64,000 nucleotides of DNA, from the NCBI GenBank assembly GCA_965222075.1, contig OZ244937.1:1088001-1152000 (forward strand), in the 5' to 3' direction. Positions 33,744-45,073 of the stretch are shown here, piece after piece. Origin of the DNA: Candidatus Latescibacterota bacterium. Lineage in GTDB: Bacteria; Latescibacterota; UBA2968; GCA-2709665. The notes beneath the pieces are model-generated. The model ran no database searches. It was not told where the DNA came from and saw only the letters and a program-made list of their open reading frames with translations. The number at the start of each line of letters is the position of its first letter. Within the stretch, counting starts at the first letter, position 1. The position numbers were made by a program, and so were the translations under genes.

Positions 33744-34376
33744 ATGGCATCAGTTGAGGTGTACAACTTAAAAGGAGAGGTCGTGGGATCGGCCGACCTG
33801 CTCGAAGAGATCTTCAGCATCGAGCCTTCAAAGGGAGCACTCTATTACACGGTGAAGGCCTACTTGGCCAATCGGCGCGAGGGGAATGCATCGACCAAGA
33901 CGCGCGCTGAGGTCACTTTGAGCAAACGGAAGGTGTACCGGCAGAAAGGCACGGGACGCGCTCGCGTGGGAACGGCCGGCTCACCGATTCGGGTCGGGGG
34001 GGGCGTTGCGCACGGTCCGAAGCCACGCAATTTTCGGGAGCGTGTGCCCAAAAAAGTAAAGCGTCTGGCCCTGAAATCGGCCCTGACGCTCAAGGTTGCC
34101 GAAGGCGGGCTTAAGGTTCTGGAAGATTTTTTGCTTGAAGCGCCAAAAACAAAGCGTATGGCCGATATGCTACGGGCCATTCAGGCCGACGGCCGAAAGG
34201 CCCTCCTCTTGACGGAAGCGGGCGTACCGGTTGTGGTCAAGTCGTGCCGGAATCTGCCGGGTCTGTCTGTGCTGCCGGTTCTTCAGGTTTCTACCTACGA
34301 TGTGGTCAGGGCCGATACGGTTATCTTTACACAGGCAGCGCTGGACCGGCTGCAGGCCTTATGGAGGGTCTCGTGA
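33744..34376 (+). CDS. rplD: 50S ribosomal protein L4
   Basis: [20 protein letters not shown]. Confidence 0.97.
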   Translation: MASVEVYNLKGEVVGSADLLEEIFSIEPSKGALYYTVKAYLANRREGNASTKTRAEVTLSKRKVYRQKGTGRARVGTAGSPIRVGGGVAHGPKPRNFRERVPKKVKRLALKSALTLKVAEGGLKVLEDFLLEAPKTKRMADMLRAIQADGRKALLLTEAGVPVVVKSCRNLPGLSVLPVLQVSTYDVVRADTVIFTQAALDRLQALWRVS

Positions 34377-34666
34377 AGAAGGATGCGCGGAAGATCATCC
34401 GTCGGCCACTGATTACCGAGCGGGCCGTTCAACTCCAGGAAAAGCGCAACAAACAGGTGCTTGAAGTTCGGGCAGATGCGAATAAGATCGAGATCAGACG
34501 TGCTGTTGAGGAGGTCTTCCAGGTGGATGTGGTGAAGGTCAATACCATATCCGTTCGAGGGAAGCTGAAACGTCTGGGCCGCTTTCAGGGCCGCCGTGCC
34601 AATTGGAAGAAGGCGGTTGTAACCCTTGCCGAAGGGCAGCGCATCGATTTCTTTGAGGGTGTGTAG
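34373..34666 (+). CDS. rplW: 50S ribosomal protein L23
   Basis: [20 protein letters not shown]; GTG start. Confidence 0.95.
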   Translation: MKKDARKIIRRPLITERAVQLQEKRNKQVLEVRADANKIEIRRAVEEVFQVDVVKVNTISVRGKLKRLGRFQGRRANWKKAVVTLAEGQRIDFFEGV

Positions 34667-34668
34667 AT

Positions 34669-35496
34669 ATGGCCGTAAAGACATTTCGTCCCATTACTCC
34701 CAGCCTGCGCTTCAAGACGGTTTCTTCCTTTGAGGAGATTACCAGGTCCAGACCTGAAAAGTCGCTGATTGTGTTCAACAAAAAGAGCGGCGGTCGGAAC
34801 AACAGGGGGCGCATCACCAGCAGGCGCCGCGGGGGGGGGCACCGGCGATATTCCCGCAAGGTCGACTTCAAGCGGAATAAGCCGGGGGTTGTCGCACGGG
34901 TGCAGGCGATTGAATACGACCCCAATCGGTCCGCACGGATCGCCCTGTTGTACTATGTGGACGGTGAGAAACGCTATATGCTGGCACCTGTGGGGCTTAA
35001 GGTGGGCGACCGGGTGGTATCGGGCCCGGAAGCCGAGATTCGTCCCGGCAACGCCCTTCCTTTAGAGCATATCCCTATGGGCACCATTGTTCACAATATT
35101 GAACTGAAGCCCGGCAAGGGAGGGCAGTTGGGCCGTTCGGCGGGGGCAGAAATTCAGATTATGGCCAAAGAGGGGAATTATGCCCAGCTTCGGCTGCCGT
35201 CCGGAGAGATGCGGTTGGTCCCTCTGGCCTGCTACGCCACCATCGGGCAGGTCGGCAATCTGGATCACGAGAATGTGGTTGTGGGCAAGGCAGGGCGCAG
35301 CCGGTGGCTGGGCAGACGACCCTCTGTGAGAGGGGTGGCAATGAACCCGGTCGACCACCCGCACGGGGGAGGAGAGGGAAAAGCCTCGGGAGGAGGACAT
35401 CCCGTAACGCCCTGGGGGGTGCCGACCAAAGGGTTTAAGACAAGAAAACAAAAAAAGAAGTCGAACAAGTTGATTATTCGAAGGCGCCGAAAGTAG
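34669..35496 (+). CDS. rplB: 50S ribosomal protein L2
   Basis: [25 protein letters not shown]. Confidence 0.98.
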   Translation: MAVKTFRPITPSLRFKTVSSFEEITRSRPEKSLIVFNKKSGGRNNRGRITSRRRGGGHRRYSRKVDFKRNKPGVVARVQAIEYDPNRSARIALLYYVDGEKRYMLAPVGLKVGDRVVSGPEAEIRPGNALPLEHIPMGTIVHNIELKPGKGGQLGRSAGAEIQIMAKEGNYAQLRLPSGEMRLVPLACYATIGQVGNLDHENVVVGKAGRSRWLGRRPSVRGVAMNPVDHPHGGGEGKASGGGHPVTPWGVPTKGFKTRKQKKKSNKLIIRRRRK

Positions 35497-35514
35497 TCGG
35501 TCGCGGGGGAGCGC

Positions 35515-35802
35515 ATGGCACGTTCGCTGAAAAAAGGTCCCTATGTGGATCCAAAGCTGCTGAAGAAGATCGAACAGATGAACAAGACGGGGAATAAACG
35601 GGTGGCTCAGACCTGGGCCCGTCGGTCTACCATCTCTCCCGAACTTGTCGGACATACCCTGGCCGTTCACAATGGGAATAAGTTTATTCCGGTCTATATC
35701 ACGGAAAACATGGTCGGACACAAGCTGGGTGAGTTTGCCTCTACCCGGACGTTTCGCGGTCACAGCGGGCATGTAACGGAGCGGTCAACAGGATTGAAGT
35801 AG
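35515..35802 (+). CDS. rpsS: 30S ribosomal protein S19
   Basis: [19 protein letters not shown]. Confidence 0.97.
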   Translation: MARSLKKGPYVDPKLLKKIEQMNKTGNKRVAQTWARRSTISPELVGHTLAVHNGNKFIPVYITENMVGHKLGEFASTRTFRGHSGHVTERSTGLK

Positions 35803-35820
35803 GGGTGAAAGGATTTTGGG

Positions 35821-36162
35821 ATGGAAGCTCGGGCTGTCTCTCGATATGTGAGGATTTCTCCTCGAAAGGCACGTCAGGTCATTGACCTGGTGCGGGGAAG
35901 AGCCGTAGAAAAGGCCTTTCATATCCTGCAATTTACGCCTAAGAAGGCGGCACAGACCATTGAGCGTACGCTTCGGTCTGCCGTGGCCAACGCGGTCAAC
36001 CACGAAGAGGCCTCAGCCCGGGAAGAGGATCTGTTTGTCAAGGAGGCATTTGTCAATGGGGCGATTGCCTTCAAGCGCATTCGTCCCCAGCCCCGAGGGG
36101 CCGCTGGATACATCCGGAAGCGGTGCAGCCATATTACGCTGGTCGTTTCAGATGATGTGTAG
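35821..36162 (+). CDS. rplV: 50S ribosomal protein L22
   Basis: RISPRKAR, SAVANA, SHIT. Confidence 0.96.
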   Translation: MEARAVSRYVRISPRKARQVIDLVRGRAVEKAFHILQFTPKKAAQTIERTLRSAVANAVNHEEASAREEDLFVKEAFVNGAIAFKRIRPQPRGAAGYIRKRCSHITLVVSDDV

Positions 36163-36191
36163 CCGGTTAGATTCTTTAAGGAGGTTTTCTT

Positions 36192-36848
36192 TTGGGCCAA
36201 AAGACACATCCGATCGGGTTTAGATTGGGTATTGCCAAAGACTGGAGTTCCCGGTGGTTTGCCGGAAGCGATTTTGCCGACCTGCTCAAAGAAGATCAGA
36301 TGCTCAGGCGTTATATCAAGAGCCGGCTGCAGCGGGCCAGCGTGTCGGTGGTGGACATTGAACGGGCGCCCAAACGGGTGACCATTACCATCCATACTGC
36401 TCGCCCGGGGATTGTTATTGGGCGTAAGGGCGCAGAGGTGGACAAGCTGCGGGACGAACTGAAGCATATCACGGGTAAGGAGATCTACATCAACATCCAG
36501 GAAATCAAACGTCCTGAACTGAACGCACAACTCACTGCCGATAATATTGTCCGGCAGCTGGAACAGCGGGTGTCCTTTCGACGGGCCATGAAGAAATCGG
36601 TTGCCTCTGCCATGCGCATGGGGGCCGAAGGGATCAAGGTTGTCTGTTCCGGCCGCCTGGGTGGCGCGGAAATGGCACGTACTGAAAAGTCGGAACCGGC
36701 AGGACGGGTGCCGCTGCATACCCTCCGGGCGGATATCGATTACGCCAGATCCACGGCCTTTACCACATCGGGAACCGTTGGCGTCAAGGTCTGGATTTGC
36801 AATGGAGAGGTGATAGATGGACAGGGCGCCGGCCAGGTACAGGCTTAG
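36192..36848 (+). CDS. rpsC: 30S ribosomal protein S3
   Basis: [26 protein letters not shown]. Confidence 0.97.
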   Translation: MGQKTHPIGFRLGIAKDWSSRWFAGSDFADLLKEDQMLRRYIKSRLQRASVSVVDIERAPKRVTITIHTARPGIVIGRKGAEVDKLRDELKHITGKEIYINIQEIKRPELNAQLTADNIVRQLEQRVSFRRAMKKSVASAMRMGAEGIKVVCSGRLGGAEMARTEKSEPAGRVPLHTLRADIDYARSTAFTTSGTVGVKVWICNGEVIDGQGAGQVQA

Positions 36849-36880
36849 GAGCGGATGGGGGATAGGGGAGGGCTGATTTT

Positions 36881-37297
36881 ATGTTGATGCCAAAGCGGAT
36901 TAAGTGGAGGAAACAGCAGCGTGGGCGGATGAAGGGGGTGGCCCTGCGTGGAAGCAGGATGACCTTTGGTGAATATGGGCTGCAGGCCTTAGAGCCGGGG
37001 TGGATCACAAGTCGCCAAATTGAGGCGGCACGCGTGGCCATCACGCGTTCTCTGGGACGAGGCGGCAAGATCTGGATCCGTGTTTTTCCCGACAAGCCGG
37101 TAACCGTCAAGCCTGCCGAGACTCGAATGGGCAAGGGCAAGGGCAACCCGGAGTTCTGGGTGGCGGTGATCAAACCGGGACGGATTATGTTTGAAATCGA
37201 GGGGGTTCCTCAGGCAAGCGCCCGAGAGGCCATGCGGCTGGCCAGCCACAAATTGCCGATCAAAACCCGATTTGTGGAGCGGGGGAGTGAAGAGTGA
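36881..37297 (+). CDS. rplP: 50S ribosomal protein L16
   Basis: RMGKGKG, QIEAAR. Confidence 0.97.
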   Translation: MLMPKRIKWRKQQRGRMKGVALRGSRMTFGEYGLQALEPGWITSRQIEAARVAITRSLGRGGKIWIRVFPDKPVTVKPAETRMGKGKGNPEFWVAVIKPGRIMFEIEGVPQASAREAMRLASHKLPIKTRFVERGSEE

Positions 37298-37503
37298 TGA
37301 AGCCGAATGAAATCCGTCGGATGACGCGAAGTGAAATAGAGCAATTGCTCGGGGATAGAGAAGAGGAATTCTCCAACCTGCGGCTGCAGGCCGTTACCCA
37401 GGAACTGGAAAATCCGCTTCTGATCCGGCAGGTACGGCGAGACATGGCGCGGTTGAGAACGATTTTACGAGAGGACGAACTGGGCATTGTTCCTCTCTCC
37501 TGA
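37297..37503 (+). CDS. rpmC: 50S ribosomal protein L29
   Basis: [19 protein letters not shown]; synteny. Confidence 0.92.
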   Translation: MKPNEIRRMTRSEIEQLLGDREEEFSNLRLQAVTQELENPLLIRQVRRDMARLRTILREDELGIVPLS

Positions 37504-37544
37504 GAGGGGAACACAGGACGAAGCGTCGAAGGGAATTGAGAACA

Positions 37545-37811
37545 ATGGCTGAAATGCAGACCCGTGCTCGTCGAAAGACCCTTGTGGGAAAAGTGGTGAG
37601 CGACCGGTCCGATAAGACGATTGTCGTGGAAGTGACCTGGCGGGCGCCTCATCCCCTTTATCGAAAGGTGGTCAGGCGCCGGTCCAAGTTCGCCGCGCAC
37701 GACAAGAGCAACCTGGCCCGCACCGGCGACATGGTGATGATCATGGAGACCCGTCCGCTGAGTAAGACCAAGCGGTGGCGTCTTGTGGAAGTCTTACAGA
37801 AGGCGCAATAG
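37545..37811 (+). CDS. rpsQ: 30S ribosomal protein S17
   Basis: [23 protein letters not shown]. Confidence 0.96.
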   Translation: MAEMQTRARRKTLVGKVVSDRSDKTIVVEVTWRAPHPLYRKVVRRRSKFAAHDKSNLARTGDMVMIMETRPLSKTKRWRLVEVLQKAQ

Positions 37812-37825
37812 GGGATAAGAGGGCG

Positions 37826-38194
37826 ATGGTCACGGAATCTACCGTTTTAAATTGCGCGGACAACAGCGGGGCACGGAAGGTGATGTGCTTCCGCGTGTTG
37901 GGAGGCACAAAGCGGAAATATGCAGGGTTGGGCGATACCATCGTCGTGTCGGTTAAAGATGCGCAGCCCAACAGCGAGGTCAAGAAGGGGGATGTGTCCC
38001 GGGCAGTGATTGTCCGCACAAAGAAAGAGGTCCGCCGCGCGGACGGCTCCTACATCCGCTTCGATGACAATGCGGCTATTTTGCTTGGCACCGAAGGAGA
38101 GCCAAGGGGAACGCGCATTTTTGGGCCGGTTGCCCGGGAATTGCGGGAGAAACGTTATATGCGGATCGTTTCCCTTGCGGCTGAAGTGATCTGA
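37826..38194 (+). CDS. rplN: 50S ribosomal protein L14
   Basis: [19 protein letters not shown]. Confidence 0.97.
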   Translation: MVTESTVLNCADNSGARKVMCFRVLGGTKRKYAGLGDTIVVSVKDAQPNSEVKKGDVSRAVIVRTKKEVRRADGSYIRFDDNAAILLGTEGEPRGTRIFGPVARELREKRYMRIVSLAAEVI

Positions 38195-38220
38195 CGCGGT
38201 TCCAAGAGGAGGGGGCGGCT

Positions 38221-38547
38221 GTGAAGTTACACATTCGCAAGGACGACCTGGTTGAAGTCATCGGCGGTGTCGATGCGGGGAAACGCGGTAAGGTTCTGAA
38301 GGTTTTTCCCCGGCAGGGGCGTGCGCTTGTGGAGGGCATCAACTTCATTCACCGACATACCCGGCCAAACCCGAGGAACCAGCAGGGGGGCATTATTGAG
38401 AAGGAGGCGCCCGTCCCTGTTTCCAGGCTGATGCTGGTTGACCCCCAAACACAGGAGCGCACCCGGATTCGGCGGAAGCGCTTAGAAGACGGTGCTTCCA
38501 TACGTATTGCCGTAAAGAGCGGAGAACAGATCCCAGAATCGAATTGA
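38221..38547 (+). CDS. rplX: 50S ribosomal protein L24
   Basis: KOW motif, QGGIIEKEAP. Confidence 0.96.
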   Translation: MKLHIRKDDLVEVIGGVDAGKRGKVLKVFPRQGRALVEGINFIHRHTRPNPRNQQGGIIEKEAPVPVSRLMLVDPQTQERTRIRRKRLEDGASIRIAVKSGEQIPESN

Positions 38548-38559
38548 TGAGAGGCAGAG

Positions 38560-39114
38560 ATGGCGGCTCGGCTACGCGGAGTTTACGAAAAGGATATTGT
38601 CCCGGCCATGATGGAGCGGTTTGGGTATAAAAACCGGATGCAGGTGCCCCGGCTGGAAAAGATTGTCCTGAACATGGGGGTTGGGGAAGCGGTTCAAAAC
38701 CCCAAAGCGATTGATGGGGCCATTTCGGATTTGTCTATGATCTCCGCACAGCGCCCCGGTGTGCGTCGGGCGAAGCGGTCGGTTTCGAATTTCAAGCTCC
38801 GTGCAGGCGTTCCTATTGGGTGCATGGTGACCCTCCGAAGGGATCGGATGTACGAATTTCTGGACCGGTTCTTCACTTTTGCCATTCCGCGCATACGGGA
38901 TTTTCGGGGGTTGTCTCCCAATTCTTTCGATGGCCGTGGAAACTATTCCGTAGGGATTCGGGAGCAGATTGTCTTCCCGGAGATTGATTATGACCAGATT
39001 GATGAGGTCCGGGGTTTGGATGTTACGATTGTAACAACGGCTGAAACCGACGAGGAGGCGTTTGAATTGCTCAGAGCGTTCGGGATGCCGTTTCGAACGG
39101 TCGAGGCCGCTTAG
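38560..39114 (+). CDS. rplE: 50S ribosomal protein L5
   Basis: [17 protein letters not shown]. Confidence 0.97.
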   Translation: MAARLRGVYEKDIVPAMMERFGYKNRMQVPRLEKIVLNMGVGEAVQNPKAIDGAISDLSMISAQRPGVRRAKRSVSNFKLRAGVPIGCMVTLRRDRMYEFLDRFFTFAIPRIRDFRGLSPNSFDGRGNYSVGIREQIVFPEIDYDQIDEVRGLDVTIVTTAETDEEAFELLRAFGMPFRTVEAA

Positions 39115-39130
39115 AGAAAGAGACAGAGGC

Positions 39131-39316
39131 GTGGCCAGAAAAGCGTTGATTGTGAAATCCAGCCGTAAGCCGAAATTTGCCGTGCGCCGGTATAACCGGT
39201 GCAGTCGTTGTGGCCGCCCGAGGGGGTACATGCGGCGCTTCGGGATTTGTCGGATCTGCTTCCGAGATCTGGCTTTGACAGGTGAGATCCCGGGTATTAC
39301 GAAGGCGAGTTGGTAG
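39131..39316 (+). CDS. rpsN: 30S ribosomal protein S14, type Z
   Basis: RCSRCGRP...ICRICFR, 61 aa from GTG. Confidence 0.96.
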   Translation: MARKALIVKSSRKPKFAVRRYNRCSRCGRPRGYMRRFGICRICFRDLALTGEIPGITKASW

Positions 39317-39347
39317 GCAGCCGTGTAAACAGGAGGAGTCGTATTCC

Positions 39348-39746
39348 ATGGGCATGACCGATCCGGTTGCGGATATGTTAACCCGTATCCGAAATGCGTC
39401 CAAGGCGGGACACCCTAAAGTCGACATTCCCAGTTCCAATATGAAACGGGGGGTCACCCGCATTCTGAAGAAATGTGGTTTTATCCACAATTATGCTTAT
39501 GTGGACGACAACAGGCAAGGTTATCTTCGGCTCTACCTCAGGTACAGCGCAGATGAAGAAAGTGCGATCCAGGGACTTCAACGGGTGAGCCGTCCGGGGT
39601 TGCGCAAGTATGTGGGCAAGGACGAGATCCCCCGGGTGCTCAATGGACTGGGAGTGGCCATCCTCTCCACATCCAAGGGTATTCTGACCGATTCCGAGGC
39701 CCGAAAGGCCGGTGCGGGCGGCGAAGTGATCTGCCACGTCTGGTAA
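39348..39746 (+). CDS. rpsH: 30S ribosomal protein S8
   Basis: [24 protein letters not shown]. Confidence 0.97.
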   Translation: MGMTDPVADMLTRIRNASKAGHPKVDIPSSNMKRGVTRILKKCGFIHNYAYVDDNRQGYLRLYLRYSADEESAIQGLQRVSRPGLRKYVGKDEIPRVLNGLGVAILSTSKGILTDSEARKAGAGGEVICHVW

Positions 39747-39764
39747 GTTCGGAAGGAGTGGGTT

Positions 39765-40331
39765 GTGTCGCGTGTTGGTAAACAGCCGATCCCTCTGCCG
39801 GGTGGAGTGGAGGTCCAACTCCAACCTGGAGGGGCGCGGGTTAAGGGCGCCAGGGGAGATCTGCAGGTTCCTCTGCATCCGTTGACACGGGTGCGACAGG
39901 AAGACAACACTCTCTTTGTGACGGTTGAGGATCCAAAAGATAGACAATCCAAAGCGATGTGGGGGTTAACGCGGTCGCTGCTGGCCAACGCCGTTGAGGG
40001 TGTGACCAACGGATTTGAAAAGCATCTGACGTTGGTGGGCATCGGCTACAGGGCCGAACTTAAGGGCAAGAATCTGGATATTCAGGTCGGATACAGCCAT
40101 CCCGTGATCGTGCAACCGTCGCCGGGCATCGACTTCAGCGTGGAGGCCCCTCCGTCCCACATCGAGACGGCCCAGGCGTCGATTGTGGTCCGGGGGGCCG
40201 ACAAAGAGCTCGTTGGGCGAACCGCCGCACATATCCGGAAAATCCGGCCGCCGGAGCCTTATAAGACCAAGGGCATCCGATACACCGATGAGTATGTGCG
40301 TAAAAAGGCCGGTAAGGCCGCTGTAATATAA
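39765..40331 (+). CDS. rplF: 50S ribosomal protein L6
   Basis: [25 protein letters not shown]. Confidence 0.97.
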   Translation: MSRVGKQPIPLPGGVEVQLQPGGARVKGARGDLQVPLHPLTRVRQEDNTLFVTVEDPKDRQSKAMWGLTRSLLANAVEGVTNGFEKHLTLVGIGYRAELKGKNLDIQVGYSHPVIVQPSPGIDFSVEAPPSHIETAQASIVVRGADKELVGRTAAHIRKIRPPEPYKTKGIRYTDEYVRKKAGKAAVI

Positions 40332-40345
40332 CGGGGTTGCATACT

Positions 40346-40720
40346 GTGGCAAACAAGCAGATCAAAAGAGAGCGGTTGCGGCAACGTCGGCGCCTTCGGA
40401 TCCGGAAGAAAATCAAGGGAACTTTGGAGCGCCCTCGTCTGTGTGTTTACCGGAGCCTGAAGCACATCCAGGCACAGCTTATCGACGATACCACCGGCCG
40501 GTCCCTGCTGGGGATGTCCAGCAATTCGGCAGAGATTCGAGACCGGCTTTCAGATGTGCAGGGCAAGTGTGAACGGGGCCGGGAAGTCGGCCGCCTCTTA
40601 GCGGCCAAGGCCCTGGAAGCCGGGATTACGCAGGTCGTATTCGACCGGGGGGGATATCTCTACCACGGCCGGGTAAAGGCGCTGGCAGAAGGGGCCCGAG
40701 AGGGCGGGTTGAAGTTTTAA
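40346..40720 (+). CDS. rplR: 50S ribosomal protein L18
   Basis: [16 protein letters not shown]. Confidence 0.96.
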   Translation: MANKQIKRERLRQRRRLRIRKKIKGTLERPRLCVYRSLKHIQAQLIDDTTGRSLLGMSSNSAEIRDRLSDVQGKCERGREVGRLLAAKALEAGITQVVFDRGGYLYHGRVKALAEGAREGGLKF

Positions 40721-40739
40721 ACATCCAAAGGAGCGTGCT

Positions 40740-41255
40740 TTGGCCAGGATAGATCCTTCGGGGTTGGATCTGACGGAGCTTGTGATCAACAACAGTCTCA
40801 ACCGGGTGGCGCACGTGCGAAAGGGGGGGCGGCGTTTCGCATTTAATGTGATGGTTGTGGTGGGTGACAAGAAGGGGTGCGTTGGCGCTGGCATGGGCAA
40901 GGCGGGTGAGGTCTCGGAGGCGATCCGGAAGGCGACTGAGAACGCCAAGAAGAACCTCATACGGGTGTCGGTTCGGGATGGTACACTTCCCCATGAAGTG
41001 GTGGGAGCGTTTAGCGCTGCCAGGGTCCTTTTGAAACCGGCCGCTCCCGGCACTGGCGTGATCGCCGGGGGGGGGATTCGGGCGGTGCTGGAGCTGGCCG
41101 GCGTACAAAATGTGCTGACCAAGTCTTTGGGTTCGAAAAATGCGCACAACACGGTAAAGGCGACCCTGGAGGGCTTAAAGCGCCTGCGAAACGCCACCGA
41201 CTTTGCGCGCCTGCGCGATATTGACGAATCTGAGCTGGTCCAATCTGGGGAGTAG
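40740..41255 (+). CDS. rpsE: 30S ribosomal protein S5
   Basis: [18 protein letters not shown]. Confidence 0.97.
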   Translation: MARIDPSGLDLTELVINNSLNRVAHVRKGGRRFAFNVMVVVGDKKGCVGAGMGKAGEVSEAIRKATENAKKNLIRVSVRDGTLPHEVVGAFSAARVLLKPAAPGTGVIAGGGIRAVLELAGVQNVLTKSLGSKNAHNTVKATLEGLKRLRNATDFARLRDIDESELVQSGE

Positions 41256-41260
41256 CCTCA

Positions 41261-41458
41261 ATGGCGCAAGACGACAAAAGGCTTCGAATCACGCAGGTTC
41301 GGAGCGCTATTTCACGGGGTCAGAAACAGCGGAGGACCCTCCAGGCATTGGGGATTCGGCGGATGCACCATACCGTAGAGCACCGGAGTACCCCCCAGAT
41401 TCGAGGGATGCTACACAAAGTTGCCCATCTGGTCGTTGTCGAAGAGGTGAGGGATTGA
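41261..41458 (+). CDS. rpmD: 50S ribosomal protein L30
   Basis: ITQVRSAI, IRGMLHKVAHLV. Confidence 0.95.
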   Translation: MAQDDKRLRITQVRSAISRGQKQRRTLQALGIRRMHHTVEHRSTPQIRGMLHKVAHLVVVEEVRD

Positions 41459-41491
41459 TAGAGGGGTTGCCTTTTTCGGATAGGTCAATTT

Positions 41492-41953
41492 ATGCAATTG
41501 GAAGAGATCACGCCTCCCGCAGGGGCGGTCAAACGGCGGAAGCGCCTGGGTTGCGGTCCCGGATCGGGGCACGGCAAGACCTGTGGCAAGGGGCATAAGG
41601 GGCAGAAGGCCCGTTCCGGGGCCAAAAATAGGGCCTGGTTTGAGGGGGGGCAGATGCCTCTGCAGCGGCGGCTGCCCAAGATCGGGTTCAACAGCCCGTT
41701 TAAGGTGGTCTATCAGGTTGTGAACTTAGACGATCTTGCCCGGCTGTCGGGGCAGATCACGCCTGAGGTGCTGAAACAGTCCGGGCTTATCCGGTCTTTA
41801 AAGCGGCCGGTCAAGGTGCTGGGGCGGGGGGAGGTTTCGGAGGCTTTGCAGGTGAACGTCCATGCGGTTTCGGCTTCCGCATCCAGAAAGATCGCTCAGG
41901 CGGGCGGCAGCGTAGAGATTATTTCCAGGGCGGCTTCGAAGGCCGAGTCGTAA
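41492..41953 (+). CDS. rplO: 50S ribosomal protein L15
   Basis: GHKGQKARSG, FEGGQMPLQRRLPK. Confidence 0.97.
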   Translation: MQLEEITPPAGAVKRRKRLGCGPGSGHGKTCGKGHKGQKARSGAKNRAWFEGGQMPLQRRLPKIGFNSPFKVVYQVVNLDDLARLSGQITPEVLKQSGLIRSLKRPVKVLGRGEVSEALQVNVHAVSASASRKIAQAGGSVEIISRAASKAES

Positions 41954-41965
41954 GAGGAGGGGCTG

Positions 41966-43306
41966 GTGCTCCAAAGTTTTCAGAGTGCTTTTAAAATCCC
42001 GGAACTTCGCAATAAGATCTTGTTTACGCTGGGCATCCTGGTCGTGTATCGGATCGGCGGACAGGTGCCTATCCCGGGCATCGACAGGGTAGCCCTGAAG
42101 CAGTTTTTTGACACGGCCGATCTGGGGCCCCTGGGTATGTACGACATGTTCGTAGGGGGTGCATTTACGCGGGCGACGGTGTTTGCCTTAGGGGTTATGC
42201 CCTACATCAGCTCCTCCATTATTTTCCAGCTCCTGGGGGCGGTCATTCCCTTTCTCCAAAAACTCCAGAAGGAAGGGGAAGAGGGGCGGAAGAAGATCAC
42301 GCAGTATACCCGCTACGGCACCGTTGTTTTGGCGGCCGCCCAGTCCTTCGGGGTCAGCTTTTACTTAGAGAGCATCCAGGTGCCCAACACGGGGATGGCG
42401 GCGGTGATCGATCCTGGATGGGGATTTCGTATGCTGACGGTTCTGACGATTACGGCCGGGACGGTCTTCATTATGTGGCTGGGGGAGCAGATCGAAGCGC
42501 AGGGGATCGGAAACGGGATGTCGCTGCTGATCTTTATCGGGATTATTGCCGAATTCCCCTGGGCCGTGGGAAGAGAGTACCAGGATTTTATCCTGAACGA
42601 CAAGTCGATCTTCAAGGAGATCGCCGTTTTGGCTATTATGGTGGGGGTGACTGCGCTGGTGGTTCTGATCACCCAGGGCACCCGGAAGATTCCGGTGCAG
42701 TATGCCAAACGGGTGGTGGGCAGGCGGGTCTACGGGGGGCAGAGCACGCACATCCCATTGAAGGTGAATACGTCGGGTGTGATGCCCCTTATTTTTGCAC
42801 AGGCCATCATGTTTATGCCATCCACGCTGGCGAGTTTTTTTCCGACCAGTGAGTTGATGCAGGAGATAGCGGTGGCCTTTTCGCCTACGACCTCTTTGCA
42901 GTCTTTGCCCTACTGGATCATCTACAGTTTGATGATTGTCTTCTTCTCCTATTTTTACACCGCGATTGTGTTCAATCCGATCGATCTGGCGGACAACATG
43001 AAACGGCACGGGGGGTTTATCCCCGGCATTCGACCCGGGAAGCGGACGTCCGATTACATCGATCGGATTCTGACCCGGATCACGCTTCCAGGCGCGATCT
43101 TTCTGGCCGGGATCGCGGTTTTTCCGTTCTTTGTGGTCGATGCCTTAAAGGTGAATCCCGGCCTGCACAGCTTCTTTGGCGGTACTGGATTGTTGATTAT
43201 TGTGGGAGTGGCGCTGGATACCCTGCAGCGGATGGAATCTCACCTGTTGATGCGCCACTATGACGGGTTTATGAAGAAGGGGAGGTTGAGGGGCCGCCGG
43301 GGATAG
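41966..43306 (+). CDS. secY: Preprotein translocase subunit SecY
   Basis: [38 protein letters not shown]. Confidence 0.98.
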   Translation: MLQSFQSAFKIPELRNKILFTLGILVVYRIGGQVPIPGIDRVALKQFFDTADLGPLGMYDMFVGGAFTRATVFALGVMPYISSSIIFQLLGAVIPFLQKLQKEGEEGRKKITQYTRYGTVVLAAAQSFGVSFYLESIQVPNTGMAAVIDPGWGFRMLTVLTITAGTVFIMWLGEQIEAQGIGNGMSLLIFIGIIAEFPWAVGREYQDFILNDKSIFKEIAVLAIMVGVTALVVLITQGTRKIPVQYAKRVVGRRVYGGQSTHIPLKVNTSGVMPLIFAQAIMFMPSTLASFFPTSELMQEIAVAFSPTTSLQSLPYWIIYSLMIVFFSYFYTAIVFNPIDLADNMKRHGGFIPGIRPGKRTSDYIDRILTRITLPGAIFLAGIAVFPFFVVDALKVNPGLHSFFGGTGLLIIVGVALDTLQRMESHLLMRHYDGFMKKGRLRGRRG

Positions 43307-43331
43307 TCGCACCCATTGGAAGGGAAGGCCC

Positions 43332-43472
43332 ATGAGGGTTCAAACGTCGGTCAAACGCCGTTGCAGTCACTGTAAGGTCATCCGCAGAAAAGGCGTGGTG
43401 CGGGTTGTCTGTAAAAGCAATCCGCGGCATAAACAACGGCAGGGATCAAAGGGATACGGACAGAAAAATTAG
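43332..43472 (+). CDS. rpmJ: 50S ribosomal protein L36 with 8-aa C-terminal extension (absent from ORF track)
   Basis: [46 protein letters not shown]. Confidence 0.93.
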   Translation: MRVQTSVKRRCSHCKVIRRKGVVRVVCKSNPRHKQRQGSKGYGQKN

Positions 43473-43516
43473 AGGCAGATAAGATTTTCCGCAAGATCTA
43501 AGAGAGAGGTGATGGA

Positions 43517-43903
43517 ATGGCACGTATTTCAGGCGTCGATATTCCGCGAGAGAAGCGCGTGGAAGTGGCTTTGACCTATATTTTCGGGGTCGGCCAGAGC
43601 GGGGCCAAAAAAATCCTGGAGAAGACACGGATTTCTCCGGACACCAGGGTGGAGGCATTAACGGAAGAAGAGGTGGCCAAGATCCGGAGCGTGGTAGAAG
43701 GGGAATACAAGGTCGAGGGTAATCTCCGCAGTGAGATTGCCATGAATATCAAACGGCTTATGGACATCGGTTGTTACCGCGGGCTGCGCTGGCGGAGGGG
43801 GCTGCCTGTTCGTGGACAGCGCACGCGCACCAATGCCCGTACGCGGAAAGGTCCCAAAAGTGGTCATGTTCAGGTTGCCCGGAAGAGGAAGGCCGTTAAG
43901 TAA
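43517..43903 (+). CDS. rpsM: 30S ribosomal protein S13
   Basis: [25 protein letters not shown]. Confidence 0.97.
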   Translation: MARISGVDIPREKRVEVALTYIFGVGQSGAKKILEKTRISPDTRVEALTEEEVAKIRSVVEGEYKVEGNLRSEIAMNIKRLMDIGCYRGLRWRRGLPVRGQRTRTNARTRKGPKSGHVQVARKRKAVK

Positions 43904-43926
43904 GGTATGGGATAAGGAGGGGTTCT

Positions 43927-44316
43927 TTGCCGCCGGAAAAGAGAAGAGGCAGACGACGGAATAAGCGCGTAGAAGCGTTGGGCGTTGCTCATATCAAGGC
44001 GACATTTAACAATACCATTGTGACCTTAACCGATAAGGAAGGGAAAGTGATTGCCTGGTCCTCAAGCGGGAGGGTGGGCATGCCGGGCTCCAGGAAGAGC
44101 ACGCCCTTTGGCGCTCAGCTGGCAGCGGAGGCTGCGGCCAGAGAGGCGATGGGCATGGGATTGCGCCGTGTAGAGGTCTGGGTAAAGGGGCCCGGTGTGG
44201 GCCGAGAGGCCGCGGTTCGGTCTTTGCAGGGGGCCGGACTGGAGATTTCGGCCATCCGGGATGTGACCCCTATTCCCCACAATGGTTGTCGTCCGCCCAA
44301 GAGAAGACGGGTTTAG
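43927..44316 (+). CDS. rpsK: 30S ribosomal protein S11
   Basis: [24 protein letters not shown]. Confidence 0.97.
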   Translation: MPPEKRRGRRRNKRVEALGVAHIKATFNNTIVTLTDKEGKVIAWSSSGRVGMPGSRKSTPFGAQLAAEAAAREAMGMGLRRVEVWVKGPGVGREAAVRSLQGAGLEISAIRDVTPIPHNGCRPPKRRRV

Positions 44317-44395
44317 GGTTTACACGCATAGGGCATGGTGCAAAGCGCATGGCGTATTGGCGCTATGCGTTATGCCGTTTTAGGAGATGAACCGA

Positions 44396-45025
44396 ATGGC
44401 GAGGTATACGGGTCCAAATTGTAAGCTGTGTCGTCGAGAGGGTGTCAAGCTGTTTCTCAAGGGAGAGCGCTGCTATCTGGATAAATGCGCTTTTGAAAGG
44501 CGAGGCTACGCGCCGGGCATGCATGGGCAGCGCCCCAGTCGGAAACCCTCGGAGTATGCCCTTCAGCTTCGGGAGAAACAGAAGGCCAAGCGCCAGTACG
44601 GTGTTCTTGAAAACCAGTTCCGGAACTACTATCACCGGGCTGCCCGTCGAAGAGGGGTGACCGGGGAGTTGCTCTTGCAGATGCTGGAATGCCGGCTGGA
44701 CACGGTGACCCACCGCCTGGGGTTTGCGCCGTCACGGAAGGCGGCACGCCAGCTGGTTCGACACCGCCATGTCATGGTTAACGGCAAGACCGTCAATATC
44801 CCGTCCTATCAAGTTGCGCCGGGAGATACCATTCAGATCAGGAAGAAGAGCCGACAGCTTCAGTCGATCCACGAGGCCATGAAGCGAATCAGCGAAGGCC
44901 GACAGGCCCCCTGGCTTTCTCTGGATAAGGTAAACCTGAGCGGCACGTTTCTGGACTATCCCAAACGGGAAGATATCCCCACGGTGGTGGAGGAACAACT
45001 CATTGTTGAGCTCTATTCGAAGTAG
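44396..45025 (+). CDS. rpsD: 30S ribosomal protein S4 (Zn form)
   Basis: [29 protein letters not shown]. Confidence 0.97.
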   Translation: MARYTGPNCKLCRREGVKLFLKGERCYLDKCAFERRGYAPGMHGQRPSRKPSEYALQLREKQKAKRQYGVLENQFRNYYHRAARRRGVTGELLLQMLECRLDTVTHRLGFAPSRKAARQLVRHRHVMVNGKTVNIPSYQVAPGDTIQIRKKSRQLQSIHEAMKRISEGRQAPWLSLDKVNLSGTFLDYPKREDIPTVVEEQLIVELYSK

Positions 45026-45073
45026 CGGCCTCCTTTGGGGGTCGAACACGGTCTAGCGTGAGGAGAATTGTGT

